From the NCBI GenBank assembly GCA_050292215.1, contig JBNKLF010000034.1, forward strand, positions 1 to 19,188: a stretch of DNA of 19,188 nucleotides, given 5' to 3'. This DNA comes from Sulfurimonadaceae bacterium (lineage in GTDB: Bacteria; Campylobacterota; Campylobacteria; Campylobacterales; Sulfurimonadaceae). The notes below the pieces were generated by a model. It saw only the letters and a list, made by a program, of their open reading frames with translations, ran no database searches and was not told the DNA's origin. Positions 1 to 7,029 of the stretch are shown piece after piece. A program made the translations under genes and the position numbers. Position 1 is the stretch's first letter, and each line of letters begins with the position of its first letter.

Positions 1-18
1 ACGTTACCATTTTAAAAA

Positions 19-92
19 CGGAGTCAAATGAGACTCCCACAATTTTCAGCTTTTAGTTTTTAACTTTTAGTTTTTCACTCAAAAGGAGCCCC
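19..92 (+). promoter_or_regulatory. Putative ars promoter/operator region: a 6-bp-arm inverted repeat (GGAGTC-N6-GACTCC, 20-37) followed by two direct copies of CTTTTAGTTTTT (50-61, 64-75) and an RBS (AGGAG) before arsR
   Basis: The inverted repeat and the 12-bp direct repeats are visible directly upstream of the arsR start. The stretch is AT-rich in a GC-rich context. ArsR-family repressors typically autoregulate through dyad sites overlapping their own promoter. Confidence 0.3.
50..75. repeat. Direct repeat, two copies of CTTTTAGTTTTT separated by AA
   Basis: Two identical 12-mers are seen at 50-61 and 64-75, upstream of arsR. Confidence 0.8.
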
Positions 93-416
93 ATGGATAT
101 TTTTCTCAAAAGCGTCGCCGCTCTCAACGACGAAACGCGCATCCTGCTGCTGCGCTTCCTCGACCAGCACGGCCCGCTCTGCGTCTGCGACCTGCAGGCG
201 TCCCTGGGGATGATCCAGTCCCGGCTTTCGCGGCACCTGAAGATCCTCAAAGAGGCGGGTTTCGTCCGGGTGGAGCGTAAAGGGACCTGGGCCTACTACG
301 CCATCCGCTCCCCGCTTGATCGCTTCCGCCTCGAAGCCCTTGAAGAGATCCGCCATCTCGGCCTCATCCTGCCGCCCCTGCAAAAACTATCCGAAACGGG
401 AGGGTGTACCCTATGA
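93..416 (+). CDS. arsR: ArsR/SmtB-family metalloregulatory transcriptional repressor
   Basis: 107 aa with a winged-HTH ArsR-type layout. It carries the metalloid-binding Cys pair in an ELCVCDL-like motif (PLCVCDL). An AGGAG RBS lies 4 nt upstream, and the 3' end overlaps the next gene by 13 nt. Confidence 0.85.
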   Translation: MDIFLKSVAALNDETRILLLRFLDQHGPLCVCDLQASLGMIQSRLSRHLKILKEAGFVRVERKGTWAYYAIRSPLDRFRLEALEEIRHLGLILPPLQKLSETGGCTL

Positions 417-826
417 AAAAGAACGTTCTTATCCTCTGCACCGGTAACAGCTGCCGCTCCATCATGGCCGAAGCCCTCATCAACGCCAAACTCGGCGACT
501 GCGTGGAAGCCTACAGCTCCGGCGTCAAAGCCAGCGGCACGGTCAATCCCCATGCGCAGGCCCTGCTCGAATCCAGAGGGCTCTGGCGCGAGGCGTACCA
601 CTCCAAGGTGATCGAAACCGTTTTGAACAACGAATTTGACCTCATCGTCACCGTCTGCGACCACGCCAAGGAGACCTGCCCGATGTTTCCAAAAGCCGTC
701 AAAACCATCCATGTCGGGTTCGACGACCCCAGCGGCAAAGCGGCGGAGGAGTACGTTAAAACGCTTGAACTGATCGAAGCTGAACTACTGCCCGTCGTTA
801 AAGCAGAGCTTTGTAATGAAGAGTGA
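404..826 (+). CDS. arsC: Arsenate reductase, low-molecular-weight phosphatase (thioredoxin-coupled, pI258 type)
   Basis: 140 aa with an N-terminal CX5R P-loop (LCTGNSCRS) of LMW-PTP type. A downstream Cys pair with C-X6-C spacing (CDHAKETC) matches the Cys82/Cys89 relay of the Trx-coupled ArsC. Confidence 0.85.
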   Translation: MYPMKKNVLILCTGNSCRSIMAEALINAKLGDCVEAYSSGVKASGTVNPHAQALLESRGLWREAYHSKVIETVLNNEFDLIVTVCDHAKETCPMFPKAVKTIHVGFDDPSGKAAEEYVKTLELIEAELLPVVKAELCNEE

Positions 827-829
827 AAA

Positions 830-1204
830 ATGAATAATGAAAAATTGGGGAAAGAGAATATTCTACGGACCAAAAGCTATGCCTTTGCACTGCGTATCGT
901 CAAGTTGAATCAGTTTCTGAACGAGCGAAAAGAGTACGTTCTCAGCAAACAGATACTCCGCTCGGGAACGGCCATCGGGGCGTTGGTTCGGGAATCGGAG
1001 TTCGCACAATCCCGAGCCGATTTCATCAACAAACTCAGTATCGCACTCAAAGAAGCCAATGAAACCGAATACTGGCTCTCTTTACTCAAAGACGGAACCT
1101 ACATCACCGATACTATGCACACCAGTATTCAACCCGAAATTGAAGAGCTGATCAAACTACTCGTAGCCAGCATCAAAACAGCAAAGAGCTCCCATGCCAA
1201 ATAG
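830..1204 (+). CDS. Four-helix-bundle protein of the 23S rRNA intervening-sequence protein family
   Basis: 124 aa, all-helical, with the family motifs I recognise (AIGALVRESE near the centre, EANETEYWL later). The gene is visibly AT-richer than its neighbours. Confidence 0.7.
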   Translation: MNNEKLGKENILRTKSYAFALRIVKLNQFLNERKEYVLSKQILRSGTAIGALVRESEFAQSRADFINKLSIALKEANETEYWLSLLKDGTYITDTMHTSIQPEIEELIKLLVASIKTAKSSHAK

Positions 1205-1228
1205 TAACCAATCCCCCTCCCCCCATTC

Positions 1229-1256
1229 TTCATTATTCATTTTTCATTATTCATTC
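1229..1256. repeat. Heptad microrepeat (TTCATTN)x4 immediately upstream of arsP
   Basis: The sequence reads TTCATT-A-TTCATT-T-TTCATT-A-TTCATT-C and is seen directly. It contains a 13-bp perfect direct repeat, TTCATTATTCATT, at 1229-1241 and 1243-1255. Confidence 0.8.
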
Positions 1257-1270
1257 AATGAGGCACCCTC

Positions 1271-2215
1271 ATGTGGCACGATCTAAGCCATACCTTCATC
1301 TTCGACACGCTGGGCATAACAGGCCGTCTTGGTGATGCCCTGCACTTTTTCCTCTATGACACGTTCAAAATCTGGTTCCTGCTGATCACCATCATCTTCG
1401 CCGTCTCCTTTCTGAGAACCTGGATGAACACCGAGATGGTCCGCGCCTACCTCGCCGGGAAAAAAGAGTTTACGGGCAACATCCTTGCGGCGCTGTTCGG
1501 CATCATCACCCCCTTCTGCACCTGTTCGGCGATCCCGCTTTTTCTGGGCTTTTTGCAGGCGCGCATCCCCGTGGGGGTCACCTTCAGCTTCCTCATCTCC
1601 GCGCCGCTGAACAACGAGATCGCCATCGCGATGCTCTTTGGACTCTTCGGGTTCAAGATCACGGCCATCTATATCGGCTTCGGGCTCTTCGTGGCGATCC
1701 TCGGGGGATGGCTGATCGGGCAGACGAAGGCGGAGCAGTATGTGCTGCTCGACGTCCCGGTACTGCAGGGCGACCTCCACGTCGAGACGACCACGCTCAA
1801 CCTGAAACAGCGCGTCGGCGACGCCTGGAAAGCGACGGCGGAGATCTTCCGCAAGATCTACCTCTGGGTGATGGTCGGCGTGGGGGTCGGGGCGTGGTTC
1901 CACGGCTTCGTCCCGGCGGAGTTCATCGCCGACTACGCCGGGGGAGACGCCTGGTACGCGGTCCCGGTGGCGGCGCTCATGGGCATCCCCATGTACGCTT
2001 CGGCAGCGGGAGTAATGCCGCTGGTAGAGGTGCTGACGGCGAAGGGAATGCTCCTGGGAACGGCCCTGTCGTTTATGATGGCGGTGACGGCGCTGAGCCT
2101 CCCCGAGGCGATCATCCTCAAACAGATTCTGCACGTGCGGCTGATCGCGATCTTCTTTGCCATCATCGGCGTCGGCATCGTCGGCGTCGGCTACTTGTTC
2201 AATATCATATTATAA
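1271..2215 (+). CDS. arsP: ArsP-type organoarsenical efflux permease (DUF318/permease family)
   Basis: 314 aa, multi-TM. It carries the conserved vicinal-cysteine motif TPFCTCSAIP that I associate with the TPFCSCS-type ArsP motif. Its position in the ars operon supports the call. Confidence 0.75.
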   Translation: MWHDLSHTFIFDTLGITGRLGDALHFFLYDTFKIWFLLITIIFAVSFLRTWMNTEMVRAYLAGKKEFTGNILAALFGIITPFCTCSAIPLFLGFLQARIPVGVTFSFLISAPLNNEIAIAMLFGLFGFKITAIYIGFGLFVAILGGWLIGQTKAEQYVLLDVPVLQGDLHVETTTLNLKQRVGDAWKATAEIFRKIYLWVMVGVGVGAWFHGFVPAEFIADYAGGDAWYAVPVAALMGIPMYASAAGVMPLVEVLTAKGMLLGTALSFMMAVTALSLPEAIILKQILHVRLIAIFFAIIGVGIVGVGYLFNIIL

Positions 2216-2318
2216 GAACGCTTCCGGAGCAAAGCTCCGTAAGCTGCGCTGGCCGCTATGGCACTAAAGCTTGCCTCTTCGAGGCAGAGTATTCATTCAA
2301 TATCAAAGGAATTAAAAC

Positions 2319-2549
2319 ATGAAAATCGAAATCCTCGGAACCGGCTGTTCCAAATGCAACGAGCTTGAAGCCAAAGTCAAACAGGCCGTCGCCCAAAGCG
2401 GCAAGTTCGTCCAGATCGAGAAGGTGGGCGATCTTCAGAAGATCATGGGCTACGGCGTCATGAGTACTCCGGGGCTGGTGATCGACGGTGAAGTGAAGTC
2501 TACCGGCCGGGTCCCCTCCGTCGACGAAATCATCACCCTGATCGGCTGA
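2319..2549 (+). CDS. Small thioredoxin-family protein (redox-active disulfide protein 2 type)
   Basis: 76 aa with a CxxC motif (GCSKC) near the N-terminus after a beta-strand (KIEILGTG). The size and pattern are typical of the MTH895/TM0996-like minimal thioredoxins often found in ars operons. Confidence 0.7.
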   Translation: MKIEILGTGCSKCNELEAKVKQAVAQSGKFVQIEKVGDLQKIMGYGVMSTPGLVIDGEVKSTGRVPSVDEIITLIG

Positions 2550-2550
2550 G

Positions 2551-4644
2551 CTACTCCTCCAGGGCGTGGTTCTGGTCGACGAAGAGCAGCAGTACCGGCA
2601 TGACGAAAAGGTCAACCCCCAAAGAGAGCAGAATCAGCGCCCCGGCAAAGAGCCCGATGCTTTCCAGGGCCGCGACCCCCGTCGCCGCGAGGACAAAGAA
2701 GATCGACGCCAGCAGCACGTTCCCGATGATCACCGGAACCCCGGCGTAGAAGAAAACCTTCTCCAGCGCCTTGTAGCGCCGGTGGTAGAAGTGACGGCTT
2801 TGCATGTACTTGTAGGAGAAGTGAATCGTCGCATCGCTCGCGAGGCCGAGCATGATGGTCATGGCGATCAGGATCTCCACGGAGAGGGGAATCCGCAATA
2901 TCAGAATCATGAGAGCGAAGCCGACCAGGGGAATGACGTTAATCACCCAGGAGATAAGCAGCAACTGGTACTTGCGCGTCGTGACGAACATGATCACTCC
3001 GATCAGGATCAGCGCGGTAATGATGGAACCGACCATAATCACCGCATCGTCGGTTTTCGCCGCGTAAGCCAGGCTCTCACGGTCGACCAGGTAGACCTCC
3101 CGCTGCGAGTCGGACCAGTGCCGTGCCCACTGAACGATCTCCCCCTTGGCGTCGGACTCCTTCTCCAGCCAGATGTGGATCAGCGCCCTGTTACCGCTCA
3201 GGAGGCGCTCCGATTCGCCGTAGAGTTCGATGAAGAAAAGGTAGCGTCCCGCCGTGGCGTTATCGAGTCTGTCGACCCCCTCAAGCTCCGCCATCCTTGC
3301 TACCGTGCCGTAAACCGATTCCACTTTCTCGACATCGGAGAAGCGTGACTTGAGGGCCGTTTCAAACCGGTGAAGCTCACCAAGCGCTTCGGCATCGATC
3401 TCCTCGAAGGGAATCGCCAGGGTCAGGCTGTCGTTGTAGGCTTTGCGGTCGAAGATGTGCGGCGGATGGGTCACGAAGATCGCTACCGCTAAGAGCCCGC
3501 CGGCCAGCACGGCGCTCAGGAACAACTTCAACAGACGTTTGTTGTAGTGAATCTCGTGAGCGGCGAAATAGGTGGAGAAGCGGGCGAACGGAACAATGGT
3601 GCGCTCCAGACGGAAGAAACTCAACAGTGCCGGCAGCAGCGTCACGCTGAAGAAGAAGCCGAAAAATGCCGACAGAAGGGCGAACACACCGATCTGGTAG
3701 AGTACCGGCACATCCACCAGTACCAGTGAGCCCAGCCCCGCAGCCGTGACGGCGGAGGTCAAAAACGCCGGGACCGTATTGCGGTTGATCGCTTTGTGGA
3801 GCGCTTCATGGGGTTCGACTTTGAACTGCGAGACATGCCAGCGGTAGTAGAAGTAGATAAAGTCCATCTGGGCGATCGCCAGGGTCAGCAGCGTCACCGC
3901 CAGGTGGATGTGATCGATGCCGAAGAGTCGCTGCGCCAGGAAGAGCGTGGAGATCAGGGTGGCGATGGTGACCGTCACGGAGAGGAGCGCCGGGATGATG
4001 TGTCGGAAAACCATCCAGAAAAGTACTCCCGTCAACAATACGATCAGCGAGATCGTGTAGAGGTAGGAGGTCACCGTCTCTTTCTCGACGATGTAAGCGT
4101 CGCTGACAAAGGAGCGAATCCGTTCCAGGCTCTCCTTCGAATCGGCGATGACATAGATGTAGAAGTGTTCCAGCTCCCGGTCGGCGTAGGGCCGATAGAG
4201 ATCGTAGTAGTCGCGGAGAATCCGGCGCACCGTTTCGGGATCGCTGTCGCCGAGTTTCTCAATCTCAAGCAGCGACGACCCTTCCTCCCCGATGTGGTTG
4301 AAAGGACGTCCCAGGGTCAGAATCGACCGGATGTCCCGCACCCCGGCAACGCTTTCGATGTCACGGTGCAGGGTCCTCAGCATCGCCACATGCTCCGTAA
4401 ACTCTTTGCGGGCGTCGAGTTCATAAACCAGTTTCAGCGTATATAGCGAAGTGATCGCCTCGGAGGCGTTGCGCTGTTCCTCCTTGCTGCCGGAGATCCA
4501 GAGCGACGCATCGCTCCCGGAAAACTTCGGTTCGAACCCGGCGAACATCACGGCCACGAAGAGCGCCACTGCCGCGATGACCGGCCAGCGGCGCCTGACC
4601 ACCCAGTTGGAATATCCCCGGAACCGTTCCCTGTCGTAGATCAT
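2551..4644 (-). CDS. RND-superfamily (MMPL/COG1033-like) exporter with about 12 TM segments and two periplasmic loops
   Basis: 697 aa with a duplicated architecture: TM1, a roughly 170-aa soluble loop and a 5-TM bundle, then the same again. Its start overlaps the upstream gene by 4 nt (ATGA), indicating translational coupling. Confidence 0.6.
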   Translation of the reverse strand: MIYDRERFRGYSNWVVRRRWPVIAAVALFVAVMFAGFEPKFSGSDASLWISGSKEEQRNASEAITSLYTLKLVYELDARKEFTEHVAMLRTLHRDIESVAGVRDIRSILTLGRPFNHIGEEGSSLLEIEKLGDSDPETVRRILRDYYDLYRPYADRELEHFYIYVIADSKESLERIRSFVSDAYIVEKETVTSYLYTISLIVLLTGVLFWMVFRHIIPALLSVTVTIATLISTLFLAQRLFGIDHIHLAVTLLTLAIAQMDFIYFYYRWHVSQFKVEPHEALHKAINRNTVPAFLTSAVTAAGLGSLVLVDVPVLYQIGVFALLSAFFGFFFSVTLLPALLSFFRLERTIVPFARFSTYFAAHEIHYNKRLLKLFLSAVLAGGLLAVAIFVTHPPHIFDRKAYNDSLTLAIPFEEIDAEALGELHRFETALKSRFSDVEKVESVYGTVARMAELEGVDRLDNATAGRYLFFIELYGESERLLSGNRALIHIWLEKESDAKGEIVQWARHWSDSQREVYLVDRESLAYAAKTDDAVIMVGSIITALILIGVIMFVTTRKYQLLLISWVINVIPLVGFALMILILRIPLSVEILIAMTIMLGLASDATIHFSYKYMQSRHFYHRRYKALEKVFFYAGVPVIIGNVLLASIFFVLAATGVAALESIGLFAGALILLSLGVDLFVMPVLLLFVDQNHALEE

Positions 4645-5120
4645 TTCGCTTTTCCGTTATAGATGATGTAGGGGCGTTTGTAGACCCCGATGGCTTCCGC
4701 CGCTTCGACGATCGCCTCGATCCGCTCTTCGGTCCGTTCGGCGGCTACGTGCCCCTCGGCGTCGGCAGGCTGCCGGTTGTCGACCATGATGGTCAGCAGG
4801 GTCCGGGCCGGGTCCTTCGCATCGAGGATATAACCGATGTAGTCCGCCGAATCGAGCCGCTTCAGCTCCAGGAGATAGAAGTAGTAGGTATAGCGTTCGA
4901 GCATTGCGCGGCGCTGCATGACAAACTGCAGGTAGCGCCGGGACATCTCGCATTTCGGGTCGATGAAGCTGTGGATCTCTTTGGGCCCGCTGCCCAGGAC
5001 GACCGCGTCGCCCCGGATGGCCGAAAGGAGCGCCTCGACCCGCTCCGGGGCGAGATCCCTCCTCTGGGCTTCGGAAGCGTTGAGCAGCATGAAACATAGC
5101 AGTGCCAGGAAAACTCTCAT
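4641..5120 (-). CDS. Secreted thioredoxin-fold protein, DsbC/DsbG C-terminal-domain-like, with a monothiol CxxS site
   Basis: 159 aa with an N-terminal signal peptide (MRVFLALLCFMLLNASEA). FIDPKCEMS resembles the F-x-D-x-x-C-x-x-C active-site strand of DsbC with the second Cys replaced by Ser. RPYIIYNGK at the C-terminus resembles the cis-Pro loop (TPTIVxNG). It is coupled to the exporter gene. Confidence 0.4.
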   Translation of the reverse strand: MRVFLALLCFMLLNASEAQRRDLAPERVEALLSAIRGDAVVLGSGPKEIHSFIDPKCEMSRRYLQFVMQRRAMLERYTYYFYLLELKRLDSADYIGYILDAKDPARTLLTIMVDNRQPADAEGHVAAERTEERIEAIVEAAEAIGVYKRPYIIYNGKAK

Positions 5121-5216
5121 CCGCCGCCTTGAGCCTAAGATGCAGAATCATAGCATAAGCTTATAGAACGCTCCCCTTTCCACTGTCTATAAAACGTTCA
5201 AAAACATAAGCTGAAG

Positions 5217-5924
5217 TTATCTCATCCGAAAAGGGCCGAGCAGCTCCGTCAGCATATCGATGATACTTTCCCCGCGCGCCTCTGCATCGCCGTGTCCGCC
5301 GCGGGCACGCTTTTTCCTTGCGGCATGATGGCGGGAGGGAGGCTGGGAGGGGGTAATCGTTTCCATCGCCGATTCGACCTCCGTCTCCTCCTGGGCGGAA
5401 GCCGCTTCCTCCTCCGCGCGTTCCATTCCGCCGCTCTTGACCCACTCGAAGATCTGGCGCAGCTCGCCGGAATCGAGCCACACCCCATGCTCGGGGCAGA
5501 CATCGGTGATGACGCCGCTTCGTTTCATGAAGTTCTTGCGCTGCATCGTTTTGCGGCAGACTGGACAGCGGCGGTAAACGACGATGTCGACGTGGCGCGG
5601 GTGCTCCGTGATCTGCGACAGCCGGGCGATGTCGACGTTGCGCGACCCCTTAACCGAACGTTCGATCATCTCTTCGAGTTCATGCAGATCGAAAAAGATA
5701 CCGAAACAGCTCTCGCAGCGCTCGACAAGAAAGGGGACCGCCTCCCCGACGTCGATGGTGTGCAGCTTGACGTGGCAGACCGGACAGGTCCGTTTCTGAA
5801 GGGGCCGAAGGTCCATGAAGAAGGGGCCCTTCTCCCGCAGGTCGATATCGTTACGGGTACCGCAGTACTCGCAGATGATACCGCTGGGGGGCAGCGGCGC
5901 GCCGCAGCTGGTGCATTTTGCCAT
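5217..5924 (-). CDS. Protein with three zinc ribbons, two of them zf-TFIIB-like (CPxC...C-x2-C/H-G-x-W/F-x-D-x-x-EL), and an acidic/basic low-complexity tail
   Basis: 235 aa. Ribbon 1 is CTSCG...CEYCG. Ribbon 2 is CPVCH...CESCFGIFFDLHEL. Ribbon 3 is CPVCRK...CPEHGVWLDSGEL. The tail is Glu-rich and then Arg/Lys-rich. The gene lies 1 nt downstream of the SPFH gene on the same strand. Confidence 0.7.
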   Translation of the reverse strand: MAKCTSCGAPLPPSGIICEYCGTRNDIDLREKGPFFMDLRPLQKRTCPVCHVKLHTIDVGEAVPFLVERCESCFGIFFDLHELEEMIERSVKGSRNVDIARLSQITEHPRHVDIVVYRRCPVCRKTMQRKNFMKRSGVITDVCPEHGVWLDSGELRQIFEWVKSGGMERAEEEAASAQEETEVESAMETITPSQPPSRHHAARKKRARGGHGDAEARGESIIDMLTELLGPFRMR

Positions 5925-5925
5925 C

Positions 5926-6924
5926 TCAGAGCTCTTCGAGTAGCGCCTGTTTTTTGGCGCCGTACTCCACTTCGGTAATCAGCCCCTCCTCAAACAGCGC
6001 CTTCAACCGGCGCAGCCGCCCTTCGATGTCGCCGGAAGCCGACGTGGGTGCCGAAAAGGGTTCGTTCATCGTCCGAGCCAAACCTTCACCGGCTCCCATG
6101 CCCATCAGTACGCCCGCCGCGCCCGCTTCGTTGGAAGCGGCGCTCTGCAGGGCGTCGAGCTGCTGCAGTTCGCGGTAGGAGACCCCTGCCGCATTGGCCG
6201 CATGGACATCGGCATGCACGTCGGCGATCTTGTTGATCCGGGAGAGGGTGTCGTCATCGAACTCCGTCCCCTCGATGCGGAAATCGGTCAGTTCAAACCC
6301 CAAGCCGTTGAAATCTTCCTGGAGGCGCTCTTTCATATCTTCGGCGACCTCCTCGCGGCGGGCATCCACCTCGGCGTAGGAGAGCTTCTGCTCCGCAAAA
6401 TAGTCGCTGAGAGTGTGGATGAGCCGGTCCGTCATCACGGACCGGAAGTCGCTGACGAGAAAATGCTCGGCGCCGCCGACCACCTGGGTGAAGAAAAGCT
6501 TCGGATCGCTGATGCGGATGCTGTAGTTGCCGTACGCCTGCAGGCCTACGGGAAAGCCGTATTTCGGGTCGTCGTACTTCACCGGGGAGAGGGTTCCCCA
6601 CTTCTGATCGAGAATGCGGGTGCGCCGGAAGAAGTAGAGCCCCACCTTGTGTTCGCTCTCGAAGGCCTGCATGAACTTCTTGATGGTCGTCCAGAAAGGG
6701 ATGTTCTGCGTCAGCAGGGAAACCATCCCCTCCTCCTCGATGACGGAGACCACTTTGCCCTGGTAGACGAAAATGCACCCCTGCCCCGGTCCGACGATGA
6801 GCTTCGAGGCGTTCTTAATCTCGTCGCCGTTGGCCGACCAGCGGTAGAAGAGTTCGTTCTCCTTCGGATGGTTCCACTCGATGACCGAACGCAGCTGCCG
6901 TTTGATTCCCTGCCAGAGTGCCAT
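5926..6924 (-). CDS. SPFH/Band-7 family protein of the YdjI/COG4260 (Band_7_1) type with a C-terminal SHOCT domain
   Basis: 332 aa. The N-terminus (VIEWNHP...LIVGPGQGCIFV...IPF) matches the pattern I recall for the B. subtilis YdjI / virion-core-protein-like Band_7_1 family. A Gly/Ala-rich linker follows. The C-terminus (LRRLKALFEEGLITEVEYGAKKQALL) matches the SHOCT motif. Confidence 0.75.
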   Translation of the reverse strand: MALWQGIKRQLRSVIEWNHPKENELFYRWSANGDEIKNASKLIVGPGQGCIFVYQGKVVSVIEEEGMVSLLTQNIPFWTTIKKFMQAFESEHKVGLYFFRRTRILDQKWGTLSPVKYDDPKYGFPVGLQAYGNYSIRISDPKLFFTQVVGGAEHFLVSDFRSVMTDRLIHTLSDYFAEQKLSYAEVDARREEVAEDMKERLQEDFNGLGFELTDFRIEGTEFDDDTLSRINKIADVHADVHAANAAGVSYRELQQLDALQSAASNEAGAAGVLMGMGAGEGLARTMNEPFSAPTSASGDIEGRLRRLKALFEEGLITEVEYGAKKQALLEEL

Positions 6925-7029
6925 GGTTGCTCCTCAAATGTTTTATATATCTTAACATAATCATGTAGCTTCGCGGCCCGGGAACACGAAACGCTATACT
7001 TACCATCATCCCTACCGACAAGGCCATGC

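Noticed and set aside
53-383. Minus-strand ORFs of 65 aa and 102 aa overlapping the arsR region
   Set aside because: They are antisense to a clear ArsR gene and have no motifs.
2216-2318. Short hairpins (CGGAGC-AAA-GCTCCG, and GCCTC-TTC-GAGGC) between arsP and the thioredoxin-like gene, considered as a terminator or attenuator
   Set aside because: The stems are short and not followed by a T-tract, so they are not a convincing intrinsic terminator. They may be incidental secondary structure. They are mentioned only because the conserved TATTCATTCAAT motif follows them.
4657-5151. 164-aa alternative-frame ORF overlapping the 159-aa thioredoxin-like gene
   Set aside because: It is an Arg/Gly/Pro-rich translation without a signal peptide or motifs. 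The 4641-5120 frame has a canonical signal peptide, thioredoxin-like motifs, and an ATGA coupling to the exporter.
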